A stretch of 64,000 nt of DNA from Dehalococcoidia bacterium (GTDB lineage: Bacteria; Chloroflexota; Dehalococcoidia; UBA2979). Below the pieces are notes generated by a model. That model made no database searches, was not told where the DNA came from, and saw only the letters and a program-made list of their open reading frames with translations. This document shows positions 49,490-58,936 of this stretch, piece after piece. The stretch is taken from contig OZ219872.1 of the NCBI GenBank assembly GCA_964291495.2, forward strand, positions 736,001 to 800,000. Direction: 5' to 3'. Each line of letters begins with the position of its first letter. Position 1 is the first letter of the stretch. The position numbers and the translations under genes are program-made.

Positions 49490-50404
49490 ATGGCGGAAGC
49501 GAGCGCGGGGCGACTCCTCAGCGAGGTGCCGCCCGAACAGCAGCACGGCATCTTCGCCAACCTCAAGAAGTTCTTCGTCCACTACTCCCTCGGTGCGGGC
49601 GCGCTCTGCGTGCTGGTCGTCATCGTCCTCGGCGCTGCGCTTGCGCCCCTCTACGTTCCCAGCGACCCGCTGGAGGCCGACTTCTCGGCGCTCCGGGCCG
49701 CTCCCTCCGGCGAGCACTGGTTCGGCACGGACCGGATCGGCCGCGATGTCTTCTCCCGCGTCATCTACGGCGCGCGCTCCACGCTGATCATCGCCTTCAT
49801 CGCGGTGGCGCTCGGTGACGGTTTCGGCTTCACGATCGGCATCATCAGCGCCTACGCGGGCGGCCGCTTCGACCTGATCAGCCAGCGCGTGCTCGAGGTG
49901 TTCCTCGCGCTCCCGGCGCTGATCCTCGCGCTGCTGCTCGGCGTCGCGATCGGCAAGGGCCTGGACAGCATCATCATCGCCATCGCGGTGACGCGGGTCC
50001 CCGACTCCGCCCGTGTCGTGCGCTCGCGCGTGCTCTCGATCAAGGAGGAACCGTACGTCGAGGCCGCGCGCGTGATCGGCAGCACCCCGCTGCGTGTCGC
50101 GGTGCGCCATGTCGCCCCGCAGACGCTCAGCCTCTTCCTCGTGATCTTCAGCATCAACCTCGGCTTTGCCGTCTTCGCCGAGGCCGCGCTCTCCTACCTC
50201 GGCGTGGGCGTGCGCCCGCCGACGCCGACCTGGGGCAACATGCTCGGCGCGGAGACCTCGCACGTCTTCAGGCCGCTGTGGTGGATGTTCTTCTTCCCGG
50301 GCACCGCGATCGTCGTCACCGTGCTCGCGATGAACCTGCTCGGCGACGCGATTCGTGACTTCGCCGACCCGCGCGCCGCCGAGCGCCGCGAGGAGAACCA
50401 GTAG
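49490..50404 (+). CDS. Peptide/nickel ABC transporter permease (DppC-like)
   Basis: HWFGTDRIGRDVFSR, YVEAAR, EAALSYLG.G, WGNML, NLLGD. Confidence 0.92.
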   Translation: MAEASAGRLLSEVPPEQQHGIFANLKKFFVHYSLGAGALCVLVVIVLGAALAPLYVPSDPLEADFSALRAAPSGEHWFGTDRIGRDVFSRVIYGARSTLIIAFIAVALGDGFGFTIGIISAYAGGRFDLISQRVLEVFLALPALILALLLGVAIGKGLDSIIIAIAVTRVPDSARVVRSRVLSIKEEPYVEAARVIGSTPLRVAVRHVAPQTLSLFLVIFSINLGFAVFAEAALSYLGVGVRPPTPTWGNMLGAETSHVFRPLWWMFFFPGTAIVVTVLAMNLLGDAIRDFADPRAAERREENQ

Positions 50405-51651
50405 TGACGACCACCGCGCCCGCGGACGCCAACAGCGCGCTGATCCGCTGGGGCTCCTTCTACGGCGACAGCGACTTCGAGCTCACCTTCCCCGCCGGCT
50501 GGGACGTGAACGTGCATCCCCCCGCCGGCGGCGACGACATCGGCGAGGACGGCATCGCCGCCGCCTTCGACAACCCGATCGGCAGCGCGCCGATCCGCGA
50601 GCTGGCGCGCGGCAAGCGCAGCGCCTGCATCGTCGTCGACGACCTCACGCGCCCCACCCCCGCCGCGCGCCTCGCGCCGCGCGTCATCGAGGAGCTGCTG
50701 GAGGCGGGTATCGAGGCGAACTCGATCCTGATCCTCGCGGGCGTCGCGAATCACCGCCAGATGACGCGCGAGGACTTCGTCCTCAAGGTCGGCGAGGAGA
50801 TCGCGAGCAACTACGAGCTGCGCTCGCACTTCTCGTGGGCCAACTGCGACTTCGTCGGCGAGACCAGCCGGGGGACGCCGATCCACCTCAACAGCGAGTT
50901 CCTCGCCGCCGAGGTGCGCATCCTGATCGGCAGTATCGTGCCGCACAACAAGACCGGCTTCTCGGGCGGCGCCAAGCTCGTGCTGCCCGGCGTCGCGCAC
51001 ATCGACACGGCCGCCGCCTGGCACGGCCCGGAGGGCCCGACGACCGGGCTGGTGGAGACCGCCAGCGAGTCGCGCCTCGACGCCGAGGAGGCGGCGCGGC
51101 TGGCGGGTGTGGACTGCATCGTCAACGTGATCCCCAACATCGAGCGCGGGATCGCCGGGCTCGTCGTCGGCGACCTCGTCGAGGCGCACCGCGCGGGAGT
51201 CGAGATCGCGAGGCGCACCTACGCGACGAAGCTGCCGGCGGGCGTCGACGTGTGCGTGCTCTCTTCGTACCCGAAGGACGCCGAGTACCAGCAGACCGGC
51301 CGCGGCTTCCACCCGATCCTCACCGCCGCCGAACCGATCGTGCGCCCCGGCGGCACGATCATCCTCGCCGGCTCCACCGTCGAGGGCGCCGGCTTCCACT
51401 CGCTCTACGGGCGCGGCATGGCGTTCTACGGCGGGGGCGGTGGGCGCAGCTTCGAGGGCGAGCCGGACCTCGTCTACTTCATGCCCGGCCTGCACCGCAA
51501 CGGGCTGCCGCCCGGCGCGCGCGAGCGCATCGTGCTGCTCCACGAGTGGAGCGAGGTCGAGCGCTGGCTGCGCGACAAGCACGGCGATGCGGCGAGCGTC
51601 GCCGTCTTCCCCGCCGCCACCATCCAGCTCGCGGAAGAGGTTTGCGTGTGA
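50404..51651 (+). CDS. Lactate racemase (LarA) superfamily, nickel-pincer-dependent epimerase
   Basis: DDLTRPTP, G..NHR, PH..TGFSGGAK, AWH. Confidence 0.85.
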   Translation: MTTTAPADANSALIRWGSFYGDSDFELTFPAGWDVNVHPPAGGDDIGEDGIAAAFDNPIGSAPIRELARGKRSACIVVDDLTRPTPAARLAPRVIEELLEAGIEANSILILAGVANHRQMTREDFVLKVGEEIASNYELRSHFSWANCDFVGETSRGTPIHLNSEFLAAEVRILIGSIVPHNKTGFSGGAKLVLPGVAHIDTAAAWHGPEGPTTGLVETASESRLDAEEAARLAGVDCIVNVIPNIERGIAGLVVGDLVEAHRAGVEIARRTYATKLPAGVDVCVLSSYPKDAEYQQTGRGFHPILTAAEPIVRPGGTIILAGSTVEGAGFHSLYGRGMAFYGGGGGRSFEGEPDLVYFMPGLHRNGLPPGARERIVLLHEWSEVERWLRDKHGDAASVAVFPAATIQLAEEVCV

Positions 51652-52844
51652 CGCCCTCGAAGATCGTCGATGTCCGCGCCTTCCAGCTGACCGGCACGAT
51701 GGAGCACCCCGGCGAGTTCTGGGAAGACCGCCTCGTCCGCCCCACCGACATCTACGAACCGTACCGCCAGGGCGGCCCGCGCGTGCTGCCCCGCAAGGCC
51801 GAGGGCCAGTACGTGATCGAGGGCGCCTTCATCGAGATCGAGGCCGACGACGGCTCGGTCGGGCGCGCCGGCCCGGTCGGGAGCGGCATGGCGCAGTCGA
51901 TCCTCCAGACCTTCGGCGGGCTGCTGCGCGATGAGGATCCGCTGGCCACGCAGCGCATCTGGGATCTGATGCACCGCAGCGCCGTGCACGGGCGCAAGGG
52001 CAACACGATGATGGCGATCAGCGCCATCGACTGCGCGCTCTGGGACCTCAAGGGCATCGCGCTGGGGCAGCCGGCCTACCGGCTGATGGGCGGCCCCACC
52101 CGCGAGTCCGTCCCCGCCTACGCGAGCACCCTCGGCTTCTCGGTCGAGCCGGAGCTGGTGGCGCAGCGCGCACGCAAGTTCGCCGAGGCGGGCTACACGG
52201 CGCAGAAGTGGTTCTTCAAGCGCGGCCCCGCCGACGGGCGCTGGGGCATGGAGCAGAACGAGCTGCTGGTGCGCACGATCCGCGAGGCCGCCGGCGACGA
52301 TACCGAGATCATGCTCGACGCCTGGATGAGCTGGAACCCGGACTACGCGATCGCGATGGCGAAGCGCCTCGAGCAGTACCGCCCGCGCTGGATCGAGGAG
52401 CCCGTCCTGCCGGACCGGATCGCCAGCCACGCCCGGATCCGCCGCAACTCGCCCGTCCCGATCTCGACCGGCGAGCACGAGTACACGCGCTGGGGCATCC
52501 AGCTGCTGATCGAGGCGGAGGCCTGCGACGTGCTGCAGCCGGACACCTACTGGGCCGGCGGCCTCTCCGAGCTGGAGAAGATCTGCACGCTCGCCTCGGT
52601 CGCCGACATCCCCGTGATTCCGCACGGGCACTCCGTCTCGGCGAACATCCACCTACAGGCCTCGCAACCGCCGAACGTCTGCCCGCTGGCCGAGGATCTG
52701 ATCAAGTGGAACCAGATCCACGAGTTCTTCCTCGCCGACCCGATCCGCCGCGAGAACGGCCACCTGCTGGTCCCGGACACGCCCGGCGTCGGCATGGCGA
52801 TCGACGAGTCGCGAGTCGAGGAGCGTGTGGAGATCACGCCGTGA
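51648..52844 (+). CDS. Mandelate racemase subgroup acid-sugar dehydratase (RhmD-like)
   Basis: GRKG..MMAISAIDCALWD, MLDAWMS, WIEEP, TGEHEYTRWG, QPD, PHG. Confidence 0.88.
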   Translation: MTPSKIVDVRAFQLTGTMEHPGEFWEDRLVRPTDIYEPYRQGGPRVLPRKAEGQYVIEGAFIEIEADDGSVGRAGPVGSGMAQSILQTFGGLLRDEDPLATQRIWDLMHRSAVHGRKGNTMMAISAIDCALWDLKGIALGQPAYRLMGGPTRESVPAYASTLGFSVEPELVAQRARKFAEAGYTAQKWFFKRGPADGRWGMEQNELLVRTIREAAGDDTEIMLDAWMSWNPDYAIAMAKRLEQYRPRWIEEPVLPDRIASHARIRRNSPVPISTGEHEYTRWGIQLLIEAEACDVLQPDTYWAGGLSELEKICTLASVADIPVIPHGHSVSANIHLQASQPPNVCPLAEDLIKWNQIHEFFLADPIRRENGHLLVPDTPGVGMAIDESRVEERVEITP

Positions 52845-52911
52845 GCCGAAACTGGTGTGGGACGGGCGATGGATCGAGGACCGCAACGCACGTGATACGG
52901 GGCCGCGAAAG

Positions 52912-52943
52912 GGTAGACGTTGACCGTCTACCGCAGGTAATCT
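52912..52943 (+). promoter_or_regulatory. Palindromic operator candidate GGTAGACG-TTGAC-CGTCTACC with downstream TAATCT
   Basis: Perfect 8-bp inverted repeat in an AT-richer intergenic region upstream of the binding-protein gene. Confidence 0.55.
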
Positions 52944-53034
52944 GCTGCGCTACGGGAAACGTACAGTAAAGGGACGATACCCGGATCTGGGTCATAGCCG
53001 TGGTGGCAGAGCCACACGGGAGGGGGCTTCACAG

Positions 53035-54903
53035 ATGAGCGAAGAGCACACGAACGGCCGCTGGTGGACGACGTCGGTCAGCCGCCGCAACGTCCTGCGG
53101 GGGGGCCTCCTCGGAGGCGCCGGCCTCGCTGCCGCGGCGCTGATCGGCTGCGGTGACGACGACGACGACGAGGCGCCGGCGCCCGCACCGGCGGCGACCC
53201 CGGCGCCGACGGCTGCGGCGACCGCGGCCCCGACAGAGGCTCCGGCCGAGGCGACGCCGACCGCGACGCCGCGGGGAGCCCCGACACGCATCACCCCGGC
53301 GCCGACCGAGGCGCCGACCCCTCCGCCGGAGCCCGACGCGGGCATGCTGGCGGCGCCGGGCGAGCCGAAGCGCGGTGGCTCCGTGGTCACCTCGTTCTGG
53401 GCGCGCCTGGGTAACTTCGACATCTACCACGGCGGACACCGCGGCATCATGTCGCAGGCCTACGACACCATTACGCGGCTGAGCCCGCTGGACGGCCTGA
53501 AGACGGTCATTCCGGCCCTGGCCACCACGTGGGAGAGCACGCCGGACGGCCTGAACTACAACTTCACCATCCGCCAGGGCGTCCAGTTCCACGACGGCAC
53601 GCCGATGACGTCCGAGGACGTGGCGATGTCCGTGCGACGCCACATGGCGCTGGGCGAGTTCGCTACGGTCGAGACGGGCTTCCCGAGCCGCTACTCCGGT
53701 GGGTTCGGCTACGTGGCCACCTCGAACGCCATTGACGAGTCGACCGTGAGCGTCGGCCTGAAGTCGCCACGCGGCTACTTCCTGCAGATGCTCTCGGCGC
53801 CGCAGGTCGGGGTCTACTCGGAGCAGCACATCAAGGTGAATCCGGTGGACATGGCTGCCGCGCCGGCGCCCGGCACCGGCCCGTTCGTCTTCCAGGAGCA
53901 CCGGTCCGAGGAGCTGACCCACTTCACGGCGAACCCGAACTACTGGAACCCCGAGCTGCCGTACATCGACGAGCTCACCATGCTGCACACGGTGCAGTGG
54001 GCGGACCGCGCGAACTTCATCCTCGGCGGCCAGGCGCACTACGCCAACATCGTGCCGAAGGACTTCTGGACGGACCGCGAGTCGTTCGCGGACAAGGCCA
54101 GCGTCTTCCAGCACGACGGCACGGGCGCCTCGCTGACGTTCTTCATGAACAACCAGAAGCCGCCGTACAACGACGAGCGCGTGCGGCGCGCGATCTTCCT
54201 CGCGCCGAACCGCCCGGCCCTGATCGAGGTCTACTCCGAGTCGATGAGCCTCGCCGGCTCGCGCTGGGTCTCCGACTCGACGTACTCGGCGACGCCGTTC
54301 GACCAGCTGCAGCAGATCAAGGGCTACCGCGGCGAGGACGACGAGGCGATCACGGAGGCCAAGCAGCTGCTCGCGGCTGCCGGCTTCCCGGACGGCTTCA
54401 ACGGCGGTCTGCTCGTCACCAACACCAACCAGGCGCACTCGGAGATTCTCGCTCCGGCGATGCAGGCGGAGCTCAAGAAGAAGCTCAACATCGAGGTCAC
54501 GGTTGACCCGCGGGCCGGCTCCGGCCGCACCGACGAGCTCAACAACGGCGGCCCCGAGGGCTTCGACATGGTGCTCACCGTGCACTTCCGCGCACCGGTG
54601 ATCAGCGAGTTCGTCACCGCCTGGAAGGACGCGATTCGCACCGGCGGCTTCCGCAACTTCGGGATGTACGACAACCCGGCGATGGACACCCTCATCGACA
54701 CCATCGACGAGGAGCAGGACACCGACGCGAAGCTGGAGATGTACAACCAGGCGTTCGACATCCTCGACCAGAACCCGCCGTTCTACGTCGTGGCCTTCAC
54801 GAAGCACAACGCGATGGCCGCGAACGAGCTGATGGGTCACATGGAGGAGATCCGCGGGTTCACCGAGGAGGGCACCTGGGACCTCTTCTGGCTGGACAAG
54901 TAG
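53035..54903 (+). CDS. ABC transporter substrate-binding protein family 5 (Tat lipoprotein)
   Basis: SRRNVL Tat motif, LIGC lipobox, FHDG, GTGPF, NPNYW, D.RVRRAI. Confidence 0.92.
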   Translation: MSEEHTNGRWWTTSVSRRNVLRGGLLGGAGLAAAALIGCGDDDDDEAPAPAPAATPAPTAAATAAPTEAPAEATPTATPRGAPTRITPAPTEAPTPPPEPDAGMLAAPGEPKRGGSVVTSFWARLGNFDIYHGGHRGIMSQAYDTITRLSPLDGLKTVIPALATTWESTPDGLNYNFTIRQGVQFHDGTPMTSEDVAMSVRRHMALGEFATVETGFPSRYSGGFGYVATSNAIDESTVSVGLKSPRGYFLQMLSAPQVGVYSEQHIKVNPVDMAAAPAPGTGPFVFQEHRSEELTHFTANPNYWNPELPYIDELTMLHTVQWADRANFILGGQAHYANIVPKDFWTDRESFADKASVFQHDGTGASLTFFMNNQKPPYNDERVRRAIFLAPNRPALIEVYSESMSLAGSRWVSDSTYSATPFDQLQQIKGYRGEDDEAITEAKQLLAAAGFPDGFNGGLLVTNTNQAHSEILAPAMQAELKKKLNIEVTVDPRAGSGRTDELNNGGPEGFDMVLTVHFRAPVISEFVTAWKDAIRTGGFRNFGMYDNPAMDTLIDTIDEEQDTDAKLEMYNQAFDILDQNPPFYVVAFTKHNAMAANELMGHMEEIRGFTEEGTWDLFWLDK

Positions 54904-54957
54904 TCCGCCAGACGGGTTTAGGAGCGCTGACAACCGACAGCAGCCTGCGGGGCAACG

Positions 54958-55911
54958 ATGTGGAAGTACGTCGCCCGCAGGCTGCTGCTCGGGATCCCGA
55001 CGCTGATCGGGATCTCGCTCATCATCTTCGCCTCGATCCGCATCATCCCCGGCGACCCCACGGAGATCGAGGACGACCAGGGCGGCTCCGTCTTCACCGA
55101 AGATCAGCGTCAGCGGCTCCGTGAGATCCTGGGCATCGACCGCCCCCTGCATATCCAGTACCTCACATGGATGGGCGGCCTAGCGCGCGGAGACCTCGGC
55201 ACCTCCTTCGTAGCCGCCACGCCCGTCATCGAGATCATCCGCCATCGCGGCCCGGTCAGCGTTCAGATCGGCCTCATGGCGATCGCCGTCGGCTGGCTGA
55301 TGGGCGTCCCATTAGGGATCTACGGGGCGGTCAGACAGAACTCGGTTGGCGACTACATGTCGAGGTTCTTCGCCGTGCTGCTGCTTGCCATGCCGGCCTT
55401 CCTGATGGGGCTGCTGGTGATCATCATCGCGGTGATCTGGTTCGACTGGCGGCCACCCCTGATCTACACGCACCTCTGGATCGACCCGTGGTCGAACTTC
55501 CAGATGACGATCGGCCCGGTGCTCGTCATGGGAGTCAACCTGGGGGCGGTCTTCGCCCGCGTCATGCGCTCCTCCGCGCTCGACGTGCTCTCAAGCGAGT
55601 ACGTGCGCACGGCGCGCGCGAAGGGGCTGACTGAGCAACGGGTGCTGATGGGTCACGTCATACGCAACTCGGTCATCCCCGTCGTGACCATCTCCGGGCT
55701 CGCGCTCGGAGGACTGATGGGCGGCGCCGTCGCCGTCGAGCGGGCCTTCTCGGTACCCGGGATCGGCCTCTCGCTGATTACCGCCGTGCAGTCCAGCGAC
55801 TGGCCGCTGATCCAGAGCCTGGTCTTCCTCTACGGTGTCTCCTTCATCGCGATGAACATCCTGATCGACCTCTCCTACCTCCTCATCGACCCGCGCATCC
55901 GCACCGGCTGA
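54958..55911 (+). CDS. Peptide/nickel ABC transporter permease (DppB-like)
   Basis: IPGDP, GDLGTS, YVRTARAKGL, F..PGIG, IDPRIR. Confidence 0.93.
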   Translation: MWKYVARRLLLGIPTLIGISLIIFASIRIIPGDPTEIEDDQGGSVFTEDQRQRLREILGIDRPLHIQYLTWMGGLARGDLGTSFVAATPVIEIIRHRGPVSVQIGLMAIAVGWLMGVPLGIYGAVRQNSVGDYMSRFFAVLLLAMPAFLMGLLVIIIAVIWFDWRPPLIYTHLWIDPWSNFQMTIGPVLVMGVNLGAVFARVMRSSALDVLSSEYVRTARAKGLTEQRVLMGHVIRNSVIPVVTISGLALGGLMGGAVAVERAFSVPGIGLSLITAVQSSDWPLIQSLVFLYGVSFIAMNILIDLSYLLIDPRIRTG

Positions 55912-55963
55912 CCGCGCGCCGGACGCAACCACACCAGCACACCGATCCCGGGAAGGAGCCGCC

Positions 55964-56986
55964 GTGCGCGCACTCAGCATCGTCGGGGAACGAGCCATCG
56001 AGGTCGTCGACAAGCCGGATCCGGAGCCGGGGGCGGGCGAGCTGCTGATCGCGATGCAGGCCTCGGCGATCTGCGGCAGCGACCTGCACATCTACCGCAA
56101 CCCCCGCCCCGCCTTCATCGACAACGCCGTCACCCCCGGCCACGAGGGCTGCGGGGTCGTCGCCGCCGTCGGCGAGGGCGTCGAGGGCTGGTCGGTCGGG
56201 GACCGCGCCGTCGTCTACTTCCGTCGCACCTGCGGCGCCTGCCGCTACTGCGCCACCGGCAACAACCACGTCTGCGCCAACATCCGGCCCGGCTACGGCT
56301 TCGGCGCAGGCGGCTCCGACGCCGAGCTGATGACCTCCGATGCGAGCGCGACGATGCGCCTGCCCGACGACCTGAGCTACCGCGAGGGCAGCATCCTCGC
56401 CTGCCAGGGCGGCACCGCCTTCGCGCCCCTCGTGCGGCTCGGCGCGGGCGGCCTCGACCGCATCGCCGTCTCCGGCCTCGGCCCCGTCGGCCTGCTGGCC
56501 ACGCAGTTCGCGATCGCGATGGGCGCCGAGGTGATCGGCATCGACCCCGTCGAGAGCCGCCGCAGCCTCGCCTCGGACCTCGGCGCGGCCGCGACGCTCG
56601 ACCCGACGGCGGGCGAGATCGGCGCGGCGATCAAGGCGCACTGGCCGGACGGCGCCGACAAGCTCGTCGAGACCTCGGGGGCGACACCGGCGCACGAGGC
56701 GATCAGCAGCATCGTGCGGCCGCTGGGCACGGTGGCGCTGGTCGGGCTCGGCAACCCGATCTTCCAGACCTCGCTCAACGAGATCACGCGCTGGGAGATC
56801 ACCGTCTTCGGCTCCAGCATCTACCCGATGAGCCAGTGGGACACCCTCTGCGATTTCGTCCGCCGCAAGCAGATCGACCTCGACGCGATCGTCAGCGAGG
56901 ACCTGAGCATCGAGGAAGGCGCGCGCGGCTTCCAGCTCGCCGACGACGCCGCGAGCGGCAAGATCTGCTTCCACTTCGATCGCTGA
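55964..56986 (+). CDS. Zinc-dependent (polyol/sugar-type) dehydrogenase
   Basis: ICGSDLH, GHEG, CGACRYC..C, GLGPVG. Confidence 0.9.
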   Translation: MRALSIVGERAIEVVDKPDPEPGAGELLIAMQASAICGSDLHIYRNPRPAFIDNAVTPGHEGCGVVAAVGEGVEGWSVGDRAVVYFRRTCGACRYCATGNNHVCANIRPGYGFGAGGSDAELMTSDASATMRLPDDLSYREGSILACQGGTAFAPLVRLGAGGLDRIAVSGLGPVGLLATQFAIAMGAEVIGIDPVESRRSLASDLGAAATLDPTAGEIGAAIKAHWPDGADKLVETSGATPAHEAISSIVRPLGTVALVGLGNPIFQTSLNEITRWEITVFGSSIYPMSQWDTLCDFVRRKQIDLDAIVSEDLSIEEGARGFQLADDAASGKICFHFDR

Positions 56987-56993
56987 GCGCGCG

Positions 56994-57845
56994 GTGAAGC
57001 TGCTCGTCACCGGCGGCAGCGGCCGCCTCGGACGCTGGGTCGTCGAGGAGCTGCGCAGCGACCACGAGGTCGTCGTCGCCGGCCTCGAGGACTCGCCGCC
57101 CCCGGACGCGGTGCGCCCCGGCGTGCGCTACGAGCAGGCCGACCTCACGGACGCCGAGGCCGTGGCGCGCGTGGCCGAGGGCGCCGAGGCGATCGTGCAC
57201 CTCGCGGCGATCCCCTCGCCGACCGGGCGCGAGCCGGAGCACGTCTTCGCCAACAACATGATCAGCACCTTCAACGTCGTCGAGGCGGCGATCCGCCAGG
57301 ACGCGCGGAAGGTGATCTACAGCAGCAGCGGCTCCGCGCTCGGCTTCGCCTTCCGCTTCCGCGACATGGTCCCGGACTACATGCCGATGGACGAGGAGCA
57401 CCCGCTGCGCCCGCAGGACGCCTACGGCCTCTCCAAGTGGCTCGGCGAGGAGATCCTCGAGGCGGCGACGCGCCGCACCGGCATCCGCACCATCGTGCTG
57501 CGGCCGACCAGCGTGGTCGGCCCCGAGGACTACGCCGAGCGCGTGCCGCGCATGCTCGACAACAAGGCGGGCGCGGGCATCTTCGCCTACGTCGACGCGC
57601 GCGACTTCGCCCGCGCGGTGCGGGCCGCCCTCGAGGACACGGAGATCGAGCACGACCGCTTCTTCATCACCGCCGACGACGCGATGAGCCGCGAGCCGCT
57701 CGCCGTCGCCTTCCCCCGCCGCTTCCCCGGCAGCGAGGCGGCCTGCGCCGGGCTCACCGGCGCCGAGGGCCCGATCAGCTGCGCGAAGGCGAAGCGCATG
57801 CTCGGCTACCGCCCGCAGCACAGCTGGCGCAGTGAGCTCGCGTAA
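56994..57845 (+). CDS. NAD(P)-dependent extended SDR (uronate dehydrogenase/epimerase-like)
   Basis: VTGGSGRLG, VHLAAIP, SSS, YGLSK, YVDARD. Confidence 0.88.
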   Translation: MKLLVTGGSGRLGRWVVEELRSDHEVVVAGLEDSPPPDAVRPGVRYEQADLTDAEAVARVAEGAEAIVHLAAIPSPTGREPEHVFANNMISTFNVVEAAIRQDARKVIYSSSGSALGFAFRFRDMVPDYMPMDEEHPLRPQDAYGLSKWLGEEILEAATRRTGIRTIVLRPTSVVGPEDYAERVPRMLDNKAGAGIFAYVDARDFARAVRAALEDTEIEHDRFFITADDAMSREPLAVAFPRRFPGSEAACAGLTGAEGPISCAKAKRMLGYRPQHSWRSELA

Positions 57846-57862
57846 CCGGACCCGCGATCGGC

Positions 57863-58927
57863 ATGACCGTCCCTCGACGCCCCCTCCGTCGACACCGTCA
57901 CCATCGAGGACCACGAGGTCGTGCGCCTGCACGAGCCCGCGACGGGCTCGATCGCGCACGTCGTGCCCTCGCGCGGCAGCAACGTCACGCGCTTCGCGAC
58001 GCGCCCCGCCGGCGATCCGTCACGCGAGGCACAATCGAGGTGATCGCGGGGCCGCCGACCCTCGAGACCCTCGCGCGGCTGCCGACGCGCTGGGGCGCCG
58101 GGATGCTCTTCCCCTACCCCGGCCGGGTCAGCGGCGACGCCTTCGAGTTCCGCGGTCGCCGCATCGAGCTGCCGGCAGACCCGCAGGCAGGCAACGCGAT
58201 GCACGGCGCCGTGCGCTGGCGCGCCTGGCGCGTCGTCGACTCGGGCGCGGACAGCGAGGACGGCGCCTGGGTGACGACGCGCCTCGCGAGCCTCGAGGAC
58301 GGCATCCCGGCCAGCGCCTGGCCGTGGGCCTTCGGCTGCACGTTGCGCGTCGTGCTGCGCGGCGGCCGGCTGCGCATCGAGGTCCGCATCGAGAACGCCT
58401 CGGACGAGCCGATGCCGTTCGGCCTCGGCTTCCACCCCTACTTCCGCACCCCGCTCGGCCCCGCCGGCAGCGCCGAGGACTGCGAGGTCGCCCTCGCGGC
58501 CACGGAGCGCTGGGACAGCACCTCGACGCCTCCGGCCGTCGTCTCGCCGGTCGCGGCGGACGAGTGGCCGCGCCGCGCGCTGCCGCTCTCGGCGCTCACG
58601 CCGAACTCGAACACGGCCGAGGGCCCGGCCCGCAACCACAAGTTCATCCTCCGTGACCAATCGGGAGGCGCGGCGAGCGCGCTGCGCGGCCGCCTCACCG
58701 ACCGCGCGAACGGCCTCGAGGCCACGCTCGACGCCAGCGAGGGGATGCGCACGGTCGTCTTCTACACGCCGCCGGACGCGCCCGTCGTCTCGTTCGAGCC
58801 GCACACCTGCATGCCGAACGCCTTCAACCTGATGACCGAGGGCGTCCCGGACCCCGGGCTGATCGTGCTGGAGCCCGGGGCGGCCTGGGACGGCTGGTAC
58901 GAGCTGCGCCTCGAGGCGCTGCCGTAG
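57863..58927 (+). CDS. Aldose 1-epimerase family protein with an apparently double-frameshifted N-terminus
   Basis: LFPYPGRV, NAMHG, GFHPYF, FEP..C.PNAFN; the segment 57867-58031 reads protein-like only in the +1 frame. Confidence 0.8.
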   Translation: MTVPRRPLRRHRHHRGPRGRAPARARDGLDRARRALARQQRHALRDAPRRRSVTRGTIEVIAGPPTLETLARLPTRWGAGMLFPYPGRVSGDAFEFRGRRIELPADPQAGNAMHGAVRWRAWRVVDSGADSEDGAWVTTRLASLEDGIPASAWPWAFGCTLRVVLRGGRLRIEVRIENASDEPMPFGLGFHPYFRTPLGPAGSAEDCEVALAATERWDSTSTPPAVVSPVAADEWPRRALPLSALTPNSNTAEGPARNHKFILRDQSGGAASALRGRLTDRANGLEATLDASEGMRTVVFYTPPDAPVVSFEPHTCMPNAFNLMTEGVPDPGLIVLEPGAAWDGWYELRLEALP

Positions 58928-58936
58928 GCGCTGGCC

